Of a DNA stretch of 64,000 nt, positions 12,616 to 25,961 are shown piece by piece. Within the stretch, counting starts at the first letter, position 1; each line of letters starts with the position of its first letter. Origin of the DNA: Paraspadella gotoi (Eukaryota; Animalia; Chaetognatha); the NCBI GenBank assembly GCA_051294375.1, contig CM119264.1:7631695-7695694 (forward strand), given 5' to 3'. A model generated the notes under the pieces. It was not told the origin of the DNA. It saw only the letters and a program-made list of their open reading frames with translations, and ran no database searches. The position numbers and the translations under genes were made by a program.

Positions 12616-13956
12616 TTCTTCCTGCACCTTCTAATTATCTCAGATCGTTTCGCTCCTCCTGCGAGAGAGGGATAGAGTCGCTGACTATAAATGGTTCATC
12701 AGGGCATAAATGAGGCCTTTAAGAGAACCATAAGCGAGAGGGAAGAAAACCCGCGCATTAAATTACGGGTGAGAAAAGAGTCACTCACTCAAAAAATTCC
12801 ACAATTATTTAGGTATATATACGTCAACGTATTGCTATTATACTCGTTTATTACCTAAAACAAAAAAAATAAAATTTTCAAATTTAACAGGCACGGTCGA
12901 ATTTCTGCAATCGATGTTGTTGTCGCACCCCAACTTTCTGCAATTGCATTCGGCAGCGCATTCTCTTATGTCCCGAGCTCAGCTGATGTATGCATTTGTT
13001 GAATATTTTTAAATTAAACATAGGTTTTGTTTGCTACCGATTACGAACGACATATGCGTATTCACAAGGAAATTCGAAAAGCGATAACCATATTGTTTAT
13101 TGTATAGATGTTTAACATTTTTAAACTTTTATCGGACGACGACTGCGACGACGACGACGAAGATAAGGGCCATGTACGACTTCCACTTGAAAGGGAACGA
13201 CGTTAAGAGCGATTAAAATCGTGACGACGATATCGAAGACGATGAGAAGTAGATGTCGAAATGACGACGCTAAATACGACGAAGTTGACGTCAACGACTC
13301 CAGCTGTTTCACATTATTCTTTCCCTTAAAAGGCCGAGCGATTTCTGGGGGGAAAATTGTTTTGCGACGTAAAATAATTAAGTCGTTTGATGTTTTTTTT
13401 TTTAAATTCAGACGGGAATTTTTTGTTCAGGGAAAAGCAAATCGTGGAACAACTAAAGCATCGATAGCGTTAAAAATCAATATAATAGGATAGTTGATAG
13501 AAAAATTCCCCTCCCATATATCCGGGTTCAATCACCACAGTGTCACGCTGTCTGAGTGTGACGTAACTAGCATAACCACGCCAGTGACATGTAGGTCCAA
13601 AGTCCTAAGCGCCAGTTGTCGTTAGATGCCTCTCACCTCGGTCATCCATCACAACTGTCCCCCGGTTGCCATAATAGCTTTAATTGGTAGAGGGTATTTC
13701 GCCAGGATTCTTCCCATTGGCTCTTTGGGAGAAAAAGTGAGAAAGTGAAATTTCGCAGGTTCTCGTGACGTGGACAGTGGCACTGTCATCATTTCACGTG
13801 GCCCCTCAAAAGGTGGACTCCAAACAACGCAAAAAAAATGTCCGTCAAAAAAGCGGAGGAAAAAGCGCCGCTTTTTAGGTTTTTGGTTTCGGAAGTTTTT
13901 CCGCCGAACATCCGGAGATCGTGTGGAGAATAGCGACGTCGCGCGAAGAGAAAGGA

Positions 13957-14016
13957 TGTGTTTGTGGGTTTGTGGTTTTGTGGGTTTGTGGGTTTGTGGG
14001 TTTGTGGGTGTGGGGG
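13957..14016 (+). repeat. (TTTGTGGG)n 8-bp G-rich tandem repeat
   Basis: About six near-perfect copies, visible directly. Confidence 0.85.
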
Positions 14017-14723
14017 CGAAAGGAGGGCGAAGCGACACTTGGTTTTCGGTCGTCNNNNNNNNNNNNNNNNNNNNNNNNNNNNNNNNNNNNNNNNNNNNNN
14101 NNNNNNNNNNNNNNNNNNNNNNNNNNNNNNNNNNNNNNNNNNNNNNNNNNNNNNNNNNNNNNNNNNNNNNNNNNNNNNNNNNNNNNNNNNNNNNNNNNNN
14201 NNNNNNNNNNNNNNNNNNNNNNNNNNNNNNNNNNNNNNNNNNNNNNNNNNNNNNNNNNNNNNNNNNNNNNNNNNNNNNNNNNNNNNNNNNNNNNNNNNNN
14301 NNNNNNNNNNNNNNNNNNNNNNNNNNNNNNNNNNNNNNNNNNNNNNNNNNNNNNNNNNNNNNNNNNNNNNNNNNNNNNNNNNNNNNNNNNNNNNNNNNNN
14401 NNNNNNNNNNNNNNNNNNNNNNNNNNNNNNNNNNNNNNNNNNNNNNNNNNNNNNNNNNNNNNNNNNNTCCGTGAAACTCAAAATGCTTCTTTTTCTTTAC
14501 TTTTTCTCAACCGACCGCTTTTCTCTTGGGTGGACATTACAAGCAGGTAGCCTCATNNNNNNNNNNNNNNNNNNNNNNNNNNNNNNNNNNNNNNNNNNNN
14601 NNNNNNNNNNNNNNNNNNNNNNNNNNNNNNNNNNNNNNNNNNNNNNNNNNNNNNNNNNNNNNNNNNNNNNNNNNNNNNNNNNNNNNNNNNNNNNNNNNNN
14701 NNNNNNNNNNNNNNNNNNNNNNN

Positions 14724-14992
14724 TTTATCTGGATGACCTTGCGCATAACAGTAACAGTCACATGCAGGGAGTCTTTTTATATAATTCAAACATTCTTTGA
14801 AACATTATACCACTTCATTGATAGTGAAGCCAGGTACTCTGGGAGTGAATAGAGGAGACTGTGAGAGAGTCTTGATTGAAAGCTTGCAGGGACCTGCTAT
14901 GTCATTATCTTGTAAGAGTGAGTGAGGCCTTAAACCACCAAAGCCGGTCCCAAGTCAACGGCAAGATAGCTTATTTATTAAATGAATGGAAA
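14724..14992 (+). mobile_element. Interspersed repeat family A, copy 2 (longest, truncated by a gap)
   Basis: Reverse complement of 10128-10360 with substitution-type divergence. Confidence 0.7.
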
Positions 14993-15139
14993 ATTTTTAA
15001 GTTGGTTGCTCTTCAGTTGTTTTTTTCCCGGCATCACAATGAAAATTTTTTTCCTAAGCGACGTGCATTCCAACCCATAACCATTTCAATTTTATAATTT
15101 TATAGGACTTTCTTTCAAAGGACATTAAAGATAAAATAC

Positions 15140-15440
15140 ATTCAACCAATCAGCTTTTAAGAAAAGCATCCTTTCCAATCAGCGACGTTTATGATCCATG
15201 TCCTTTCCAATCAGTGAGGTTTACGAACCAAGTATTTTCCAATCAGTTACTTTTACGAGCGAGTCTCGCTATTAGCTGTATTTACGAGGGGAGTTCTTTT
15301 CTATTGGCAGCCTTTCAATCCTTTCCTTAAATCGAGCCGGTTTTATTTTTTCACCACAAAATAGAGTCGCTGCTGGCCATCGGCCAATGTGGCCATATCA
15401 ATTTAAAAAATCCGCCAGTACGCTAGTCAGTCAGTCATCT
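15140..15440 (+). promoter_or_regulatory. Tandem CCAAT (NF-Y) box array with ~32-bp period and a downstream Inr-like motif
   Basis: CCAATCAG at 15146, 15175, 15207 and 15239, reversed ATTAG/ATTGG at 15271 and 15303, TCAGTC twice at ~15427-15436. Confidence 0.45.
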
Positions 15441-15889
15441 TCTTAGAGCCGTCAATTAAATGAATTTACTACCATAAAATATACAATTTCAATATCTTCT
15501 TCAACTTTCAATTCGTATTATTATATTTCTTAAAAAAAAAAAACCCTAAAAAATTTCATAAAATTGAATTATTTCTTTCAATTTTACGTTCGTTTTCAAA
15601 GAAAAAAACATTCCTTCTCCAGTACGAGGCGCCTGGCGTCCTGCTTGCTATTTCCCGCGAATGATAATTTTTTCCAACTGCGCGTTGAATCGAGCCACGC
15701 CCCCTCTCCTTCTTCCCTCCCTCTCGAATGGTCTTTCCATCTCCTGAATTCCATCTTTCCATTGCTGCCATTGCTGCCCGCAAACATTGGCGTTTCTTCG
15801 TCGACTCGAAGGAGAAAAAAAAAACCGACCTTCCACCCAAAAACCATCGCTTCCTCCATCGATCAACTCCGCCCACTTCCGTCGTATAC

Positions 15890-15908
15890 GTCATCGTAAT
15901 CATCATCA

Positions 15909-15939
<31 letters not shown>

Positions 15940-16203
15940 ATCATCATCGTCATCATTCATCGTCATCATCGTCATCATCATCGTCATCATGTCATCATCA
16001 TCGTTCAATCATCATCGTCATCATCGTCCTCATCATTCATCGTCATCATCATCGTCATCATCGTCATCATCATCGTCATCATTCATCGTCATCGTCATCG
16101 TTCATCATCGTCATCATCATCGTCATCATCATCGTCATCATCGTCATCGTCGATCATCATCGTCATCGTCATCATCATCGTCATCGTCATCGTCATCATC
16201 GTC
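15890..16203. repeat. (ATC/GTC)n compound trinucleotide microsatellite
   Basis: Directly visible. Confidence 0.95.
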
Positions 16204-16989
16204 CTCCTTTTCCAAGCAATCCAAAACTCATTTTAGATTATTCTTTTTTTTGGGTTACGTAGCAATGCAATGATAGCCTCTTTGTATTAATACTGGTGCT
16301 TCTCCAATCATTTCTTAGACGAAGCTCCGCCAGTTTTCGTACTCATTAGAGTTAGACTTACGTCAGCTTAAAATTATTGACTTTAGATCCAAAGCTTTTG
16401 CCAATTTTTCGACTCGCGTGTGGGAAAAAAGCTTTACGGAATTATACAGCCTGATTAAGAAAAAAAAAATTAATTGACAATTTCACAGCTAAATTAAAAA
16501 AAAAGTATGAATGTCCGTTTGGGAAAAGTCATGACTAACTAAAATCAATTTTTCTCTCAACTTAAACGAGTACCAATTTCATAAGTTTTCCCTCCCCCCA
16601 CGATATTTTTCCCCAGAATTTTGTTCAGATATAACTTTAATTTCAAATGACTTTTTTTTCAATTTTCTATTTTCCTACCTCAGCTCGAATTTCCCACACG
16701 TTTTTACCTATTCTATTTATTATTTACCTTACCTCACGATCCCTCTTTATTTCCCCTCATATATCGAATCCCCTTTCCCCCACCTTAATTCCGCTCGCTC
16801 ACCCCCCCCCCTCGGACCACCACGCTTCCACGCGCGCGCACCGTTGGAAATCACGTGACTCTTTGCCGCGACTCAAAACCCAACGCGCGCGCGTGATGGC
16901 TCGCCGCTTCGAACTCCGTCTACCGCGAAACGCAAACAAAATTTATCTCTGTTTATCCTTGACCGCGTCCGGTGCGGATCGGTGCCGGG

Positions 16990-17330
16990 CAAAGATGGCG
17001 GGCGGGGCGAAATGGAGGTGGGCGGAAAAAAAATAGAAACGGGCATACTCGATGGACGGAAACTCGAAAGCGGACAAGGATGGCCGAGAAATGGAAGTGG
17101 GCAGAGATAGGGGAAAAGCTAAAATTGAGACAGAAAAAAAAGGAAGCGGGCAAAGGATGGCGGGCAGGGAAAAATGGAAACGGGCAGTGATGGAGGAAAG
17201 GTCGAAATGAAGCCGGACAAAGATGAGACGGGTAAAGAGAGATGGAAGTTAATAGAAATGGAGGTAAAGGACGAAATGGCAGATAGAAATGGAGCGAAAT
17301 GGCAGAAATGTCAGGCAGAACGAATGGGAC
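16990..17330. repeat. Degenerate short-period GGCGAAATGG-type tandem repeat (noisy)
   Basis: Recurring GAAATGG/GATGG motif every ~15-20 nt. Confidence 0.45.
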
Positions 17331-18156
17331 GAGTACAGAGACGCCGATGGTCTCGGGACGGGCCATGCCACTTTACGTCTCGGCTGGATAAACCGGGTAT
17401 GGGTCAATCAGTTTTGCCCAATAGAATCTAAGTCGGACCGCAACGTGAAACTTTAGCATGGAGGGTCGGGCAATGGGAGGGCGGGAAGCTTAAAAATGAG
17501 TAGTTTGAAGTTGAACTTTAGGTCGTTCAGTCTCCAACCCCCGCTGGTGAAATAGAGAGATAAATTGAAGGAAATGCAGTAAAGGAGAAATTGCACGAAA
17601 TCGAAGTAGAGGGAAATCAATTTCTCTTTCCGGGATCGTTCTATTTCCCACGGATATTTTGTGAATTTTGTGGTTATTGCTTTCCTTATCGTGATTGCTC
17701 TCTTTAGCGACGTGTCACTTTTTTCGTGGTTATAAAAGTTTTTATCGAGTCATCGTTTACGCTCGTTATTAATTTGTCCGAATTCTCAGCTCAGTTTTCA
17801 GCTTAAAAAAAAACTGACGAACTTTTTTGATTGATGATGGAAGGGATGCGCGAAAAAAAAATGGCGGCAAAAGAGTCGGATGATGAGCTTCGAAAGATTT
17901 TTTTCTTTCGCCAAAGTTTGATTTTTTTCCCCTTTTTTATCAGTTCGTGACCATTAAAAGATTTGGTCTTTTTAAGATCATTTGGTCTAGATTTTCCAGC
18001 AATTTATTAATTAATTAATTTATTAATTAAAAAAGAACAAAATTGAATAGAATTTGGAACAATTAATGAAAATGGAAGAAATGTCGACGCTTCCTTCTTA
18101 CCGCTGTTTCATACTGTTAATATTCAATGCGATTCGCAACCCGTGAGGGAAAGAAT

Positions 18157-18208
<52 letters not shown>

Positions 18209-19992
18209 CTCCAAGCGACGAAAAGATGAAAGATGAAGGACACAGATTTTCTCACCGTTTGTCTTTCCCCGATTTTTTGTCTTATTTTTTTTGTCCTCGC
18301 CATTTTTCACTGTGTCTTAGTTTTCTATCCTTTCCCCTCATTTTTTCACCTTCCATTTGTTTTCTCTTGTTTTCAGTCACTGTCATTTTTTTAGTGTATT
18401 TTATATGTTTTTATATAGTTTATATATTCTATGTATATCTGAGGATAAATAGCTAAGTGGGGCTAAAGAGTGCTATCCGCAACTTCATTAACCCCCTCTA
18501 GCTGCCATGGATCGGGTCCTGAAGGTGTCATGCTTATAGGCAGGGTGAACTTGTGCAATGCCGACTACATACCTATATATTTTGTATATATTTTATTTAT
18601 ATCTTTTATTAGTTTGAGGCAAGAAAGGTTTTTATTATTGTTTACATATTTTGAAACAATCATATGTAAAAAATAATAAAAACCTTTCTTGACTAAAACT
18701 ATTATCAAAACGCAACGAATCGAAAGAATGAATGCGATAATAGATATTTTTATATATTTTTCATTTATTTTTTTATATTGGTTGTATCAACTTCATAGGA
18801 TTGTTCGATTCACGGAGCTGGAAAGACACACATCTCCCTTTGTTTGTTTTTTTCAAACTATGTATAATTCAGTGGCTGATAGAAAAAGATTGATAGAAAA
18901 GTAGAGAAAAAAATATGAAGATAAAAAATAAAACTTAAAGTTGAATGAAAAAAAATGGTTAAAAAAGGAGTTACATATAAAAACTTGATACGATTTATTT
19001 CCTATTGTTTAACTTTATCCTTTAAATCACCTTTTTTTTCTACCTCCCTTTCAAGTTTCAACGACTCTGTCTCTCTCTTTTTGTCCTACTCCCTCCCTCC
19101 CTCTTCCCTTATTTCCTCCTTCTCACCCTCTCGCTCTCCATTGATTTTTTCCGTCTCCTTCTCTCAAGATTGATGTTCTTTTTTTTCCCTTTCGATCGAA
19201 TCGAAGCGAAACGAAAAGACAAACTTCGTCGCGTCGACCACAAAGTCGCGCCAGTGACCGCTTCACGCAGCACTGTGCAGAGTGAAATGACAGAGCGCTG
19301 TGCGATGTTCAATGTTCGCAGTTCAATTTTTAATTTCCTATTAACGTAACCTTCGCAGGCACGTCATTGACTTTCAGCGGACTGCTCTCTTGATTAATAT
19401 CGCTTCCCAACACTCTTTCCGATTGATCAGCTGGCTTGACTCTTCTTTGTTTTGTTTTTTGTTGTTGTTGTTGTTTTTGTTGTTTTTGTTTTTATTTTTG
19501 TGTTTTGTTCTTTGCTTTTCCAGCTATTACAAGAATGCTCGTTAAAGAAATTTGACCTTTTTACACTTTTAAACTCACAGGCTCACATCTCACGCTTTAA
19601 AAGATCACATCATCAATTTCGCTCTGAATCGAGAAAATGTCCCCCACCTTATTTAAACGTAATCTGTATTTTTTTTCTTTCCAGGGCTTAAAATGACGAT
19701 ATATATTCGTTTCTCCACTTTGCGCAACGCGCTTTAACGACCAGATGTGGGTAATACGTACTCTGCATCTCATTATATTATTCATCATAATCAAAGCATA
19801 GGTTTCGTCGTATTGGTTGCATCTTTATCATGGTGGTCTCATTGTCATTTGGTTTAACTTGGTTTGTACCTGGTTATTCTGTGATGATGTCGTGGTTTCA
19901 CAAGAGCGAGAGACTTGGCTTTCATGGCTTCTATTTTAACTTCAAGTCTCTTTCCTAAACTTGTTCTAATTATCACGGTTATAGTGGTGGCT

Positions 19993-20019
19993 ATCATCAT
20001 CATCATCATCAGCATCATC

Positions 20020-20106
<87 letters not shown>
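19993..20106. repeat. (ATC)n microsatellite
   Basis: About 38 units; explains the poly-Met and poly-Ile ORFs. Confidence 0.97.
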
Positions 20107-20107
<1 letters not shown>

Positions 20108-20464
20108 GTGTCGTCGTCCTCGGCCAAGTTCGTATCGGCTTAGAGCTCGAGAGACAAATTCCACGGATTTTCCAAAATAAAAAAAATGGGATCCGCTTTT
20201 TCCTTGAAGGATTCACTCGGTCGGCCTTTCATCGATTCGCCCTTTAAAGAATCGCTTCATCCGAACCTTCGTATCATCCGAACCTCGTCAAAATCTCATC
20301 CAGGCCGTCGACTTACGGCCATCTCATCCAAACCTCATTCAAACAATGTGAAAATCTCTTTTGAATTTTATTCCAGGATTTATCTCAACTAAATCTTATT
20401 GATACGTAACTAAACCAAGCCAGTGTCTCAATAAAGCGACTTACAAATCAAGAAAGCACAAGAA

Positions 20465-20895
20465 CAGCTTCATCTAATCCTTATCCAGCCACATTTTCAA
20501 CCACATCCCGTCCTCAGCTTCATCTAGTCTTCATCCAATCTCACGTCTCAATCAAATCCCATCCTCAGCTTCAGATAATCCTTATCCAAGCTTTCATATC
20601 AACCAAACCCCATATTCAGCTTCATCTAATTCTCATCCAAGCCTCATTTTGAACGGAATTCCACTCTGGGACTCAAATAATTCTCATCCAAGCCCCATTT
20701 TCAACTTGATCCCATCCTCAGCCTCAAATAATTCTCATCCAAGCCATATTTTCAACTTAATCCCATCCTCAGCATCAAATAATCTTCATCCAAGCCACAT
20801 TTTCAACTTAATCCCATCCTCAGCTTCAAATAATCCTCATCCAAGCTTAATTATAAACTAAATCCCTTTCTCAGCCTCGTCTAATCTTCATCCTC
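20465..20895. repeat. 51-bp minisatellite, about 8.5 copies
   Basis: Unit approximately CAGCTTCAAATAATYCTCATCCAAGCCACATTTTCAACTTAATCCCATCCT; seen as a 17-aa period in ORF 20649-20861. Confidence 0.9.
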
Positions 20896-21011
20896 ATTCT
20901 CGAATCTCGACCGAAAAATCTCTGGAGACGAAAGAAGTATTAGCGATCCGTTGGCGCCGCCGGTCAAGGACTTGATTTCATTACTGCTTTGAGGGGAGGA
21001 TGGGCAGCGGA

Positions 21012-21047
<36 letters not shown>

Positions 21048-21568
21048 GATAACAAGGGATAAAAAAGCAAAAATCAAGTAGTAAAAAAGAGAATTGTTAT
21101 GTTTACTATCTTCCGTTAGGTCGTTGATTAATCAATTATAACGTTTATATTCTATTTACACTTCTAATATTACAAACGTAGCTCGATGTGTTTTGCTTCC
21201 TTTCTCTTTTTCTTTACTTTTTTATTTCTCTTTCTTTTATATTCTTTTCTAGTCTCGTTTTTTTTCTTTTTCTTTTCTTTTTCACTTATTTTTTTCTGTG
21301 AACTAATTAATCTTGATTAGTTATACTTTTGTTGTTAAAAGTATTGAAATTATGTTATCTTAGTTTCGCGAGGGCGGAGGTCGGCGATGCGGGCGGAAAG
21401 GGATCAATCTCTCCAAGATACTCGGTCAGAAAATTGTGGAGGCAAGCAATCCATCGGAAACTCGATTCCTCGACATTTGATCAACAAAATGGAAACACAA
21501 AGAAAAGAATCGATAAGTAGGACGCAGCCTTAACTGGGCTGATTAATATGTCTCTCTTTCTCTCTCTC

Positions 21569-21635
<67 letters not shown>

Positions 21636-21767
21636 AAAGAACACAAAAAATCCAGTGTTTAAGCATTTAAGCATTTAAGCATTTAAAAAATGGCAAAGTT
21701 AAAAGGTACGGGAAGTTAAGGCATAAAGAAATTAACGAGTTCCGTGACTATGGTTCAATCAGAGACT

Positions 21768-21843
<76 letters not shown>

Positions 21844-21968
21844 CTTTTATTAACAGTTTGGAGTGAGTTACTCTGAGGCGATTTTTTCTCATTATCTTTA
21901 GCAACCAGACGCGATAAGCTCGAACAATTTTTTTTTCCTTTCGACCCTAACTTCGCCGCTTCACCTTA

Positions 21969-22021
<53 letters not shown>

Positions 22022-22234
22022 CTCTCCCTTTCCGGCAGCTTTCATTCAAAATTCAAGCAAGCTCTCGACTCCCCGTTTGCGTCTTTATTCAGAACTCAGG
22101 CAAGCATTTTTTGTCCCTTGTCTTCTGTTTTTTTTTTTTTTTTTTTTTTCTTTGCTCACCGTTTATTTTCTGTTTCCTTTTCCTTTTCGCCCCGGAGGAA
22201 AAACTTCGTGGAGACGTCAGCATTGAGAAAGACA

Positions 22235-22304
<70 letters not shown>

Positions 22305-24084
22305 ACAGGGGGATTGTTTCTGTTTAATGAAGCTTCGAATCGAAGATGCGTCCTGCCCATTAGCATTTCTCAGTCTTCGCGCCGGGCGCCGTTCCTCTCC
22401 TCCTTTTCTATTCTTCGCCTTCCTCCCTTCCTCCCTCTCCTCCTCTTTCGCCAAGATATTCTCCTTTTCTTCTTCTTCTCCTTTCCTTCTTTCCTCCTTC
22501 CTTTCCTCCCTTTCCTCGACCCGAGTCGAGAAAAGAGACAAAGAAAGAGGAATAGGGCGACGAGGATAATCCTGAACGGGGCCGAATCGTCGTCGTTGTT
22601 GTTTCGTTGTCGTTGTTACAGCTGTAGTTGTTTTTCGTTGTTGTCGTTCCTCCTCGTGACGAACAACATGCCGGAGGGCGACCAACCGAAGAAGAGAAGA
22701 GGAGGGGGTGGGGGAGGCGGAGGAGGAGGAGGAGGAGGAGGACGAGGAGACGATGACGGATGAAGGGAGAGGAAAGGATTGAGTTACTAGAGCGGATGAG
22801 ACGAAGGGATAAGATGAAGCTCGAGTGAAGTTTAAGCCGATGAGAGAAATTATAAAACTGAGAAGATTATGAGACGAGCATCAAGACAACGAAGATTTGT
22901 AACTCGATTTAAAATTTGATTTTAAATTTTTGTTCGATTGCTCGCATATATAAAAATTATATGTATGGACTTTCGTTGAGACCGAAGGAGCGATCAGTGA
23001 CAGGCTGGAGTGGTATAAGAGCAGGAAGATAAGCGATGGAGCGAAAGAGATATTTTTTTTTTTCCCGAGTTTAAAAAAATAAACAGAGTAGAGAAGAGTA
23101 TTTGTGCGTCAGATATCTGAACTTGGAATATGGAGGGACGAATAGTTGAATAGTTGTCGTAAGTGAAGCAGGATTGATGTATAAGAAAATTAGATTTGTT
23201 AGAGCATTGAGAGGAGTGACTCTCGACTGGAGCATTGGGGCGAGAAAAAAAATTGTGGTAATGTACTATGGGAGTATTAGACTCTTCGGTGGAGCAGAGA
23301 GACTGGATCATAAAATGAGTCAAGTCGGTTAGAGGAGTATTTAATATTTAATGTCAGAATGTGTCGAACATTGAATGAAAGATGAAGACAAGAAAGAGAA
23401 GTCCTTTGGTCGATTAATCAATTTATTGTTTTGATGTCAATGTCTAAATTCCATTCGAATGATAATTTATCGAATATTGTTTTTGATTGGTTGAAATTGT
23501 ATCTGTGTTGGTCTTTATTTTATCTTGTTTATGAACTCAAGCAATCGCGAGTAAACTGATGAACTGACAAGCGAGCAGTTCTTCTGCGAAACGACAGCAA
23601 CGACTGCGCACCAGTTTGCAAAGGTTGCACGAGTCTCATCTATTTTTCAGCGAGAGAGAGCGACAAGCCAACTCGTTTTAGAGAAAATTTATGACGAACT
23701 TTTTTTCGCTTCTGGCGACGAATCTTGAATGGAAGGGTTGAGGGAATATTTTTACTTCATAGATCAAGACTCAAATGTGACTTTTATTTTCATCTCCACA
23801 TAAAATTTTATTTTAAAGTTCATTCTCTACGTTTAACGAAACAAAATGCGGGATAAAGTGCAACGATATTTTTTTCGGATATGAAATAAGCTTATCTATT
23901 TTCGATCCGACTTGTTTTCGTTTCGGGTTTTCAGCAATTAGTGTTTGTTTGTAAATAAGAAGACGAGGAATTCATATTTTGAGTGTGAGATTGAGTGACG
24001 TGCGACGAAAGTATTACACAACATCGATGCGACGACATAAAGCGAGATATAAAAGATTTTTTTTTTTGTAGTCACGACAGAAAT

Positions 24085-24135
<51 letters not shown>

Positions 24136-24858
24136 TAAAACCCGACGAAATCACGAATCACACGCGGATGGTGCGAAGTTTGTTGATGTTTGCTCACAAT
24201 ATTATTAAATTTTTTTTTGGCGCAAAGAAAAATTGAAATTTTTATTACGATAGCGAGAACGAGTGAAGTAGCGAGTGAGACAGCGAGTGAGAGTGACAGC
24301 GAGCGAGGGAAGTCGTTACGAAAACTTGTAGGCGGGTGAGGCTGGGGATAGTAAAGTTCTGGGTTTAATCGGACTGGGAAAGTTTCCTTATTCGCTTATC
24401 CAGACCAAATTTTCGGCGCTTCGTTGATGGGGTCTTTTCGGGTCGAGATGGGGTGAGATAAGGTCGTGCTGATGGGGTTGGGAAAGGGTCAAGTCGTCGA
24501 GCGAAGGGGCGTCGGGATGGAGTGGCCTCACTGGGGGGTTGGGGGAACAGATGGAACCGCGTGTTTTCGAATGAGAGAGGTTGAAATGACATTTATTTTA
24601 GAATGTTATCTTTAGAAGAAAAATCCTAGACGAGAAAGAAAGAACGGCGTTCGTAATAAAGAACAGGACGCCGCGGGACAGGACAGAGCAGCCGCACGAC
24701 GCAGTTAGAATGCTCGAGTTTCGACATGGCGCCGCGAGTTTAGCGAGCGTCCTAAGTAAGCTAAGGCGCGGCGCCGTCGAAGGGGGTCGGACCACGACGC
24801 CGCGACGTCGCCTTTCTCCCTTTCTTTCCCTTTTTATTTTCAGGCTCGCGGCGCCGGG

Positions 24859-25149
24859 TCACGATCCGTCGGTCGCTTCCGAAGAGCCGAAGAGCGAGTC
24901 CAAGATTCGTTGCACCTCCTCCGTTTGAAGTTTATACATGATGAAGAAGAGGCTGACCATTCCCACAGTGACGAAGATCCCGATAGCCGCGCAACGACGA
25001 GACTGCTTCCCAAGCAGGTAGGCATCCTTGGAGTTGTCCATCGCCGCCGCCTTCCGCGCCTGCAGGGCGCTCCAGATGGCGGCGCCGCCGAAGCAAATGT
25101 TGCAGAAGACGAAGACGAAGATTGAGAGAACGAGATGGCGTTGGACGTC
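24859..25149 (-). CDS. CD225/dispanin-family membrane protein (PRRT/IFITM/SynDIG-like), terminal exon
   Basis: Pyrimidine-rich CAG acceptor, then DVQRHLVLSIFVFVFCNICFGGAAIWSALQARKAAAMDNSKDAYLLGKQSRRCAAIGIFVTVGMVSLFFIMY. This is the CD225 pattern: Cys-containing hydrophobic segment, G..Ai..S..ar.A...D...A loop, second TM helix. TGA stop, with AATAAA about 20 nt later. Confidence 0.85.
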   Translation of the reverse strand, partial: DVQRHLVLSIFVFVFCNICFGGAAIWSALQARKAAAMDNSKDAYLLGKQSRRCAAIGIFVTVGMVSLFFIMYKLQTEEVQRILDSLFGSSEATDGS

Positions 25150-25391
25150 CTGGGTGTGGAAAGGTGAAAGGGGGGTAGGGGAGAGGGTAGGGAAGGGGAT
25201 AGGGAAGGGGGTAGGGCATGTCAGGCAACAAAAGACAAGTGGAAAGGGGTTAGATGACAAAGAAGAAAAGAGGGGTAGGGAAAAGATTGTGCATGTCTCA
25301 TCTTTTTCAAACGAAACTATGTACTATGTCAGAATGCATATATTGAAAATTATTTCTCGTCTATGCATAGCGTTAGTTTACGAAAGACAAC

Positions 25392-25445
<54 letters not shown>

Positions 25446-25468
25446 GTTCAAAACTAACAACTACTCAC

Positions 25469-25961
25469 TTGTTTAGGGCAACACGGCGCCCTCTCGATAG
25501 GGATCGTGATCCTCGTATCCTTTTTCACGATCTCGCCCGGCGGCGCCGAATCTCGCCCGCCGACGTCGCCTCCAGCTCCTCCTGCGCCGCTGCCTCGACT
25601 CCGCGACCTTCGACTAGAAGACGAGGCGTTGGATCGTCGGCTGGAGTCCAGGGCGCGTTTCTGGCGGCGCATCTCGACGAGAATGTCGAAAGGGTCCGTG
25701 AGGAGGTCCTTCTTTCGATCCTCCTCCTTCTTCGGCGCTTTCGACACTTTGGACAGAATCGTCTCTTTCGTCTCGTTCCCTTCTCCGTCCGTCGTTACGA
25801 AGGAGACTTCGTGCGGACCCGGAGAGGCGCCCCCCGGCGCCGTGGGGCGTGGCTTCTGCAGCGCCGCGATCATCGTCGCCATCGCCACCTCTCGCTTTTC
25901 TTTGGGCAGCCCCTCGTCAGCGCCCGGCCGCGGCGGCGCCGTTGGGAAACGAGGAGGCCAT
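25469..25961 (-). CDS. CD225/dispanin-family protein, upstream coding exon (disordered N-terminus; start uncertain)
   Basis: GC-rich open frame ending ...PIERAPCCPKQ at CAA|GTGAGT, phase 0, joining in frame to the CD225 exon across a 319-nt intron. First in-frame ATG is at 25882; a CCACCATGG at 25961 is one base out of frame. Confidence 0.75.

Noticed and set aside
18445-18575. Short high-complexity island
   Set aside because: No ORF, structure or repeat partner; resembles random read insertions such as 45515-45660.
22089-22763. 198-aa charged ORF and overlapping frames
   Set aside because: Low-complexity, non-ATG start, runs into a (CT)n tract, no clear splice sites or homology.
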